From assembly GCA_963759425.1 (NCBI GenBank), contig CAVWZM010000036.1, forward strand, positions 2,060 to 66,059: a stretch of 64,000 nucleotides of DNA, read 5' to 3'. The position numbers and the translations under genes are program-made. Shown piece by piece: positions 55,778 through 64,000 of this stretch. How positions within the stretch are numbered: position 1 is the stretch's first letter; every line of letters starts with the position of its first letter. Under the pieces are notes generated by a model, which did no database searches, had not been told where the DNA came from, and saw only the letters and a program-made list of their open reading frames with translations. Source of the stretch: an uncultured Alphaproteobacteria bacterium. GTDB lineage: Bacteria > Pseudomonadota > Alphaproteobacteria > Acetobacterales > Acetobacteraceae.

Positions 55778-56297
55778 ATGAAGTCGATTTTAACGGTGTA
55801 TAACCACCGGCGTGCTTGCCGCGGTTTCCGGGGCGATGCTTTGCGGCGCCGCCGCCATGGCCGTCGAGACCAAGCCGGCGCTCACGCTGGACATGGCGAA
55901 GAAGATGGCGGCGGCATGTGAGGCCAAGGCGACGCAGGAAAAGTGGAAGATGAACATCGCCGTCGTGGATGACGGCGCGAACCTGATCTTCTTCCAGCAA
56001 ATGGACGGCGCGTTCAAAGGCAGCAGCTACATTTCTCAGCACAAGGCGATGACCTCGGCGAATTTTCCCTTCCCCACCCGGATGTTCGGCGAGCTGGCAT
56101 TCGGCAAGGACGGCAAGCCCGGGATGGTGCCCGGAATCGCTGACGTTCCCGGGATTATCACGTTCGCCGGGGGGTTGCCGATCATGACCGCCAGCAAAGT
56201 TCAGATCGGCGGCATCGGCGTCAGCGGCGGCACCGCCGACCAGGACGAGGAGTGCTCGAAGGCGGGACTGGAAGCAGTGGCAAGCGACCTGAAATAA
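55778..56297 (+). CDS. GlcG/HbpS family heme-binding protein with signal peptide (frameshift near 55800)
   Basis: IAVVDDGANL, KAMTS, FAGGLPI, IGGIGVSGG..DQDE. Confidence 0.88.
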
Positions 56298-56883
56298 AAC
56301 GTTTCCACAGGGAAAGCGCAGGGAAATCGGAAACACCATCTCCTGGTGTCCGACCGCAAGGAAGCGCGAGACACCCTGACCTCGTGTCGTCGCGTGAATT
56401 GGCACTTCGAACCAAAGGCGACGTATCGCGCTTCACTGACGCGCGATACCCGCCTGCCATCCCGGTGTTCCCACCGGTCGACGCCAACCGGTCACCGGGA
56501 CTGATCCGCCGGCACACCGTACAGCACGGTTGACGACCCAGCTCAACGCGAAACGAAATCGCGCGCGGGCTGCTTGGCAGCTTCATCAACTCGAACATCG
56601 GGTTCGTGCTGAGCAAGTGGGCCAACGACAGTGGCCGGTGCCGGAAGGTTCGCTCCACGCAAGAAGGCGATCCCGGACGCGCCGCTCCACAAACTGGTCC
56701 GCCGTCTCGATGAAGACTATGCGATGAGCCGGCTCCTCATCGGTCTGCGATTTTTTGTTTTGACACAACAAGGAACACACCATCCGACAGCGTATCGATT
56801 GGCATCGATCGTGCCCGCTGCCACGCCGAGATCACCAGCCGGCAAGACGATTGCGCACCGGTACTGATCGCCTACACTGACGC

Positions 56884-57228
56884 ATGCGGCAACCCTCAAG
56901 CGCCACCTTTTGGTCATTGATCGACCGCTGGCAGGTGTCGACCGATGAGGCGCTGGAGCTGATCAATTATCGTGGGAAACTCCCCGCTACTGACCGACAC
57001 CCTCGCTTCCGCCTGTCCGCCGAGCAGGCGAAAATCGTGACGACCATGCTAGAGATCGACAGCGCGCTTGCCGCAGCGGGCATCGACCGCGCATGGCTGC
57101 GCCGACCAACCGAGAACGCCCCAAACTCTCCGATCGACTTAATGCGCGCCGGAGAGACCGACCACGTGCTGCGGTCCCTGACCCAGGCAACGCTGCAAGC
57201 ATCCCTCGCCAGACAGGGGAGAACCTAA
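56884..57228 (+). CDS. Xre/MbcA/ParS-like antitoxin-family protein
   Basis: FW.LIDRWQV...ALEL N-terminus; AWLRRP......SPIDLM..G C-terminus. Confidence 0.55.
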   Translation: MRQPSSATFWSLIDRWQVSTDEALELINYRGKLPATDRHPRFRLSAEQAKIVTTMLEIDSALAAAGIDRAWLRRPTENAPNSPIDLMRAGETDHVLRSLTQATLQASLARQGRT

Positions 57229-57238
57229 GCCCAACTCC

Positions 57239-57925
57239 TCAGGCGTTGGAAAGATCGATCCACGACAGATGCCCCCCCTTCCCGGCGCCGGTATCAAGAA
57301 ACACCGCAGTGCCTCCCAGCGTGCCGTGGCGGATGTAGGGGCGGCCGTCCGCGCTGCGCCGGTCGTGGCCGCAATAAACCGTCATGCCCGCCGGGATGCG
57401 GTCCACCCAGCGCAGGCTCCGCTCGGGATAGCCGTCGGGCTGCATGCGTCCCGTCGGCTCCCCATACAGCGCGCGGGCCAACGGGCCGTGCGGCCGGTCG
57501 AGCCCATGCGGCGGCGACGGCTGCTCCAGCATCACGGTGTGAAAGCCGCCATGGACGAAAATCGCCTGACCATGCCGCAGCCAGACTGGCGCCTGGGCGA
57601 TCAGGCGGCGCGCCCGCTCCTTCAGGTCGTCGTCGAGCTGGGCCGTGGTCGCCTGCACCACCGGGTCCGCCCGCATGTGGTCGCCGGAAAGCGCGCGCGC
57701 CAGCTTCAGGTCGTGGTTGCCCAGCAGAAAAAGGCCGCGCCCCTGCTCGACCCGATCGAACATCATCCGCAGCGTGCTGGCGCTGTCCCGGCCATGGTCC
57801 ACCAGATCGCCCAACTGCACGATGAAGCGGTCGGTCGCCAGCGCGTAGCCGAAACCGGTCACGTCGCCATGGACGTCGCCGACGACGCGAATTTTAGCAC
57901 CGGCAGGGATCGCGAACGGAGTCAT
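57239..57925 (-). CDS. Calcineurin-like metallophosphoesterase (ApaH/PrpA/Pnkp-phosphatase-like)
   Basis: GDVHG, LGDLVDHG, GNHD, VHGG, GHD, LDTG. Confidence 0.88.
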   Translation of the reverse strand: MTPFAIPAGAKIRVVGDVHGDVTGFGYALATDRFIVQLGDLVDHGRDSASTLRMMFDRVEQGRGLFLLGNHDLKLARALSGDHMRADPVVQATTAQLDDDLKERARRLIAQAPVWLRHGQAIFVHGGFHTVMLEQPSPPHGLDRPHGPLARALYGEPTGRMQPDGYPERSLRWVDRIPAGMTVYCGHDRRSADGRPYIRHGTLGGTAVFLDTGAGKGGHLSWIDLSNA

Positions 57926-57989
57926 TGAATTGTCAAATAGATAGGGAGCCCGCGTCGCCGCGGCTAGGCAATTGCCGATGCATGCCTCG

Positions 57990-59434
57990 TCACGACGGCG
58001 CGCGGATCTCCGCATACGCCTCAAGCGCCCGCGCTCGGCCCGCCGCGATGTCGACGATCGGCCACGGATAGTCTGCGCCCGAGCTCGATCCCGGCAGCCG
58101 CCAGGACTGTCGCCGGCGCTTCCCAGGGCGCATGGATATCGCGACTATCGAGCCGCGCCAGTTCCGGAACGAAGCGACGGACATAGTCGCCCCCGGGGTC
58201 GAATTTGCGGCCTTGCAGAACCGGGTTGAAAATCCGGAAATACGGTGCGGCATCCGCTCCGCAACCGGCCACCCACTGCCAGTTCGCGGCATTGTTGGCC
58301 AGGTCAGCGTCCACCAGCGTGTCCCAGAACCAGGCTTCGCCCCGCTGCCACGGAATGAGCAGGTGCTTGGTCAGGAAGCTCGCAACAACCATGCGCACCC
58401 GGTTGTGCATCCAGCCGGTCTGCCAGAGCTGCCGCATGCCGGCATCGACGATCGGCACGCCGGTTCGGCCACGCTGCCAGGCCGACAGCGCCGGACTGGT
58501 CATCGCGCCAGGGCATGGCTGCGAACTCGGGCCGGACCGGAGCTTCGGGAAGCGTCGGGTGGTGCCAGAGCAGGTGGATGCAGAATTCTCGCCACAGCAG
58601 TTCCCGGACGAATTTGTCCCGCCCTCTCCCTGCCCCGTGATGCCGCGCGCGATGCCAGACCTGCACCGCCGAGATTTCGCCAAAATGCAGATGGGGCGAG
58701 AGCATGGAGGTGCCGTCTCGGCCGGGATAGTTTCGGCCCTTGTCATAAGCCCCCAGGCCACCATCCAGAAATGCCTCGACCCGCTCGGCCGCGCCGGCCT
58801 CGCCCGGGGTCCAGGTCTCGCGCAGGCCCGACGCCCAGTCGGGTTTGCTCGGTAACAACCCCCAGGCGTCGAGGCTGTCCGATGCGGGCGCTCCGGCCCC
58901 CGGAAATGGACGCCGGAGGTGGCAGCGGCTCTCTCGGACCGCCGAGGGCCAGGCAGGCATTGGCGAACGGTGTGTAGACGCCGTACGGGCCCCCGGTTTT
59001 CGTGCGCACCGAGTCCGGGTGGAACAGCATGGTGGTGCGCATCCGGTGCAACTTAGCCCCCTGCCCGTTCAGGGCCTTGCAGGCCGCTTGATCGAGACGC
59101 CGCGCCCAGGGCTCCGCGGATACCGCCGGTAAAGACGTCGCGTGCGCCGGTCTGCCTGGACCAGCTCATGAATGATCGCGACGCTGTCGCCGCGGCGGAG
59201 GACCAAGGAACTGCCCCGCTCCGACAGCGACTGTTGCAGTGCCGCCAGACTGTGGTGCAGCCACCAGCGCGAGGCACCCCCTTCGGCCCACACGCCTGCC
59301 GCCTTCTCGTCGAGGATAAAGACCGGCAGGACAGGGCGACCGGTGTCGATCGCGGCATGCAATGCGGCATGGTCCGCCAGCCGCAGGTCGTTACGAAACC
59401 ATAGGATTGAGGGTGCATCGGATGTTCGGGGCAT
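57990..59434 (-). CDS. phrB: Class I CPD DNA photolyase (several frameshifts)
   Basis: WFRNDLRLADH, TSMLSPHLHFGEIS, GWMHNRVRM, WQWVAG.G.DAAPYFRIFNP. Confidence 0.9.
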
Positions 59435-59603
59435 CGGCGGGACGTAGGGATTGTTCCGGCTGTGTCACCGCAAGTCCTCGCGAGGACAACCGCTTGGCCA
59501 TGGCCGTCGCGCCCGCGTTGTCAGATACGACGGTTGTGAGAAGGCCGTTTGTGAGATGCCGCCGGGCCGCCTAGACTGCCGGCAACGAGACCAGGAGGAA
59601 ACC

Positions 59604-60829
59604 TTGGACCTCAAACTGTCCGAGCCGCACCGCGCCCTGCAGGCGGAAATCCGCGACTTCATCCGGCGACACGGCGACAAGTCACCGAAAGTCGGCGGCG
59701 GACGCAAGCGGCCCGATCAGAAGACGCTCGACTGGCAAAAGCGCCTCGTGGAACACGGTTACGTCGGGCGCACCATCCCGCGACGAATATGGCGGCTTCG
59801 GCGCGCCTCCCGACGTCATGGCGGCGGCGATCATCGCGGCGGAGTTCGCCGGCGCCAATGTCTACGCCGGTCTCACCAACCAGGGTATCTCGATGCTGGT
59901 GCCGACCTTGCTGGAACTCGGCACCGAGGAGCAGAAGCGCCATTACATCGCTCCCACGATCCGCGGTGAAATCATCTGGTGCCAGGGCTATTCCGAGCCC
60001 GGCAACGGCAGCGACCTGGCGAACGCGCAGACCAAGGCCGAACTTCGTGACGGCAACTGGGTGGTGAACGGCCAGAAAATCTGGACCAGTTCCGCTCATT
60101 ACGCCGACATGATGTTTCTGCTGTGCCGCACCGAACCGGACAAGTCGAAGCACGATGGCCTGTCCTATCTGTTGCTGTCGATGCAATCGCCGGGGCTCGA
60201 AGCGCGCCCGCTGAAAACGATGACCGGGCGCAGCGAATTCAACGAGGTCTTCTTCACCGATGTCAAAGTTCCCGAGGCGCAGATCGTCGCTCGGCCGCGG
60301 CAAGGGCTGGTACGTCGCCAACGTAACCCTGAAGCACGAGCGCTCGATGATCGGCGATGCCGGCAAGATGACCGCCCGCTTTGAGCAATTGATCCGCCTG
60401 CTGCAGACGACGGAAATCGACGGGGTGACGCTGCTCGCAATGGCCGAATATCGCGACCGGCTGCTGCGTCTGCAAGGCGAGGTGATCGCCTGGAAAGCGC
60501 ACAATCTCCGACTGCTGACGGAAGCGGCGCAAGGGATCGATTCCGGCGTCAAACGGATGATCGTCAAATATGGCGGCACCATGCTGGGCTTTCGGCTGTC
60601 GTCGCTTGCCGTCGATGCACTGGGCGCGGCTGGCCTGCCGTTCGAGACCATGGGCGAGGATGCCGAAGACGACGACGCAACGACCTGGAACATCGACTAC
60701 ATGTACGACGTCGGATTGCTGATCGGCGGCGGTTCTATCAACATCCAGAAGAACATCATCGGCGAGCGCGGACTCGACCTGCCGCGCGAACCAAAGGTGC
60801 AGACCGCGGCTGCGATCGGAAGGGGCTGA
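59604..60829 (+). CDS. Acyl-CoA dehydrogenase, subunit 1 (frameshifts)
   Basis: WCQGYSEPGNGSDLA, NGQKIWTS, FNEVFF, IGGGSINIQKNIIGERGL. Confidence 0.9.
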
Positions 60830-60831
60830 GC

Positions 60832-61930
60832 ATGGAATTCGGCCTGAGCCTGGAACAGCGGCAGTTCGACGATTCGCTGCGCGCATTCCTGGATGACCAC
60901 CTGCCGATGGAGCGCCTTCGGATGCTGGCCGAATCCGGCACAGGCTACGACGAACGGCTATGGCGAGACCTGGCGGAACTGGGGCTGCACGGGCTTCTGG
61001 TGCCGGAACGATTCGGCGGGCGCCGGGCTAGGCGTGCTGGATGCGGCGGTCGCGGCCGAGGCGCTTGGATTTGCCGCCGCGCCGGTGCCGTTCGTCGGCA
61101 GCGACGTGATGGCGACTCTGGCGTTCATGAACAGCGCCAGGAGGCACTGCAAGATGAATATCTGCCTCGAATCGCCGCGGGCGAAGGTCGTTTCGCCGTC
61201 GCATTGCCAAGCCTTGCGGGACAAACCGGGACCGGATCGGTTGAACTGACCAACGGACGACTGTTCGGGCCGCGTCACCGGCGTCGCGGACGCTGGCGCG
61301 GCCACGCATTTTCTCATCTACCTGCCGGACGGCCACGCCGCGGTGGTCAGCGGCCGATGCGCCGGGAGTCGTCGCTCATATGCAACGAAGTGTCGATCGC
61401 ACCCGCCCTGTTGCCGATGTGACATTCAACGCGACGCCGGCGGAACGCCTGGACGCCGCCAACGACCATCGGCGGCTGCGCGGCGCGTGCTGGACGCCGG
61501 GCGAGTCGTGCTCGCCGCCGACACTCTGGGCGCCGCGCAGCACATGCTCGACGCCGCCGTCGCGTTCGCCAAGGAACGCGTGCAGTTCGGCCGGGTGATC
61601 GGCAGCTTCCAGGGCGTGAAATACATGCTGGCCGAATGCGTCACGGCGCTGGAGCCATGCCGCGGGATGGTCTGGTACGCGGCGTACGCACAGGACGCCT
61701 TGCCGGATGAGGCGCGGCTGACCGCCTGCCATGCGAAGGCTCATCTCGGCGATGTCGCGCGTGACGTGGCTCGCATGACCACCGAAACGCATGGCGGCAT
61801 GGGGTTCACCGATTTGCTGGGCCTGCACTACTGGTTCAAGCGCATCAGCTTCAATCGTCAGATGCTCGGCGGACCGGAGCGGTGCCGTGAGGAAGCCGCC
61901 GAACTGCAAGGATGGAGATTGCATGCCTGA
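60832..61930 (+). CDS. Acyl-CoA dehydrogenase, subunit 2 (frameshifts)
   Basis: RVQFGRVIGSFQGVK, HGGMGFT. Confidence 0.88.
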
Positions 61931-61967
61931 GCCAAGCACAGGCAAAGACAACGGGAGTAAAGCAACC

Positions 61968-62907
61968 ATGTCGGTTTTCGTTATTGGAGGCACGGGCTTC
62001 ATCGGTCTGCGGGTCATCAGGCTGCTGGCCGCCCGGGGCGAGGATATCGTTTGCATGGATATCAACCCGGGCGCCGCCTCGTTCGACGATCTCGGCGGGC
62101 AGGTCAAGGTTGTCCGTGGTGACGTAACCCAGTTCGACGACGTAATGGCCACGATGACGGCCGCCGAAGCCGTCCAGGGTGATCAACCTGTCGTATTTCC
62201 TCGGCAGCGAACACCCGCCGCATGTGGCGACCAAGCTGAACGTCGTGGGCATGGATAATTGTTTCGAGGCCGCGCGCCTGCTCGGCGTCAACCGCGTGGT
62301 CTACGCCAGTTCGCTCGCCGTGAGCGGGCTGCAGAAACATTTCGGCGACCGGCCGGTGACCGAGGACGATCTCCGCCACGGCACCAACCAATACGCCATG
62401 CACAAGATCTTCAACGAGTTCCAGGCGCAGGACTATAACGAGAAGTACGGGATGGCAATCACCGGCATTCGTCCCGCCAACGTCACCGGCCCCGACAAGG
62501 TCCGAGGCTCGGTTGACCACGTCAACTGCATCACCCAACCGGCGCGCGGCAAACCGGTTTCTTTTCCGTACAAGGACGCCATGCGCTGTCCCGTCCATGT
62601 CGACGACATCGCCGAGGTGTTCACCCGCGTCCTGATGACCGACAAGCCGCGCCACAGTATCTACAACTCCGGCGGCATCCCGATCAGCCTGGGCGAATTG
62701 GCCGACATCGTGCGTGGTTTCCTGCCGGACGCGCGGATCAGCTTTGAACAGGCGACCGGGGGCCGCGAGCAATCAGGCAACTACCTCATCGACAACAGCC
62801 GCCTGCTGGAGGAGTTCGGCGTGCAGTATCGCCCGTTCCGCGAGCGCGTGCTCCAGATCATCAATGAGTTCCGCGCCGAGGCAAACCTATCGCCCATTGC
62901 CGGCTGA
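61968..62907 (+). CDS. NAD-dependent epimerase/dehydratase (frameshift near 62170)
   Basis: GGTGFIG, YASS, YAMHK, VHVDD. Confidence 0.87.
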
Positions 62908-62925
62908 CGGAATCACCTCATGGAA

Positions 62926-62957
62926 GTCGTGGGTGGCCGGCCTTCGCCGGCCATGAC
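62926..62957. repeat. GC-rich hairpin (REP-like element or terminator) between convergent genes
   Basis: TGGCCGGC-CTTC-GCCGGCCA stem-loop (62934-62953). Confidence 0.5.
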
Positions 62958-63010
62958 GCGTCAATTCCGCAGGGACACTTCTGTGCCGACGCTGTCACTT
63001 TCAAGGCCGG

Positions 63011-64000
<990 letters not shown>

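Overview
GC-rich alphaproteobacterial-type DNA (an Acetobacteraceae-like origin is my inference). Single-base frameshifts are frequent and also affect serS, so most split ORFs are probably long-read indel errors rather than pseudogenes. (1) 1-26.4 kb: type VI secretion membrane-complex and regulatory genes (fha/tagH, tssJ with a probable CTG start missed by the ORF track, tssK, tssL-OmpA, tssM, tagF, pppA) with a divergent GH73 peptidoglycan hydrolase. Two paralogous membrane Ser/Thr kinases bracket the block, one with a PDZ domain and one with a DUF4384-like domain. Between pppA and the second kinase lies a TpsB / filamentous-haemagglutinin-like TpsA / lipoprotein TPR-CHAT (caspase-like) protease / OmpA cassette. 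This is the best candidate for an undescribed system: a proteolytic envelope sensor feeding T6SS phosphorylation control. (2) 26.8-33.5 kb: a Dpp/Opp-type ABC transporter plus an SDR, behind a consensus sigma-54 promoter. (3) 35-52.6 kb: a decaying aryl-polyene (ape-like) cluster. ACP2 is split by an IS66 element with clean ends, the ApeO-type ketosynthase is split by a fused IS630/IS1380 unit, and the export genes are missing. An IS3 remnant, an acyltransferase-3 gene and a secreted protein with three Cys-pair repeats follow. (4) 52.8-64 kb: a Cache-HAMP-MCP-PilZ-CZB chemoreceptor with a perfect CtrA-type box, a GlcG-like protein, an orphan Xre/MbcA-like antitoxin, a metallophosphoesterase, a photolyase, an acyl-CoA dehydrogenase pair, an epimerase and partial serS. 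No rRNA, tRNA or CRISPR array was recognised.
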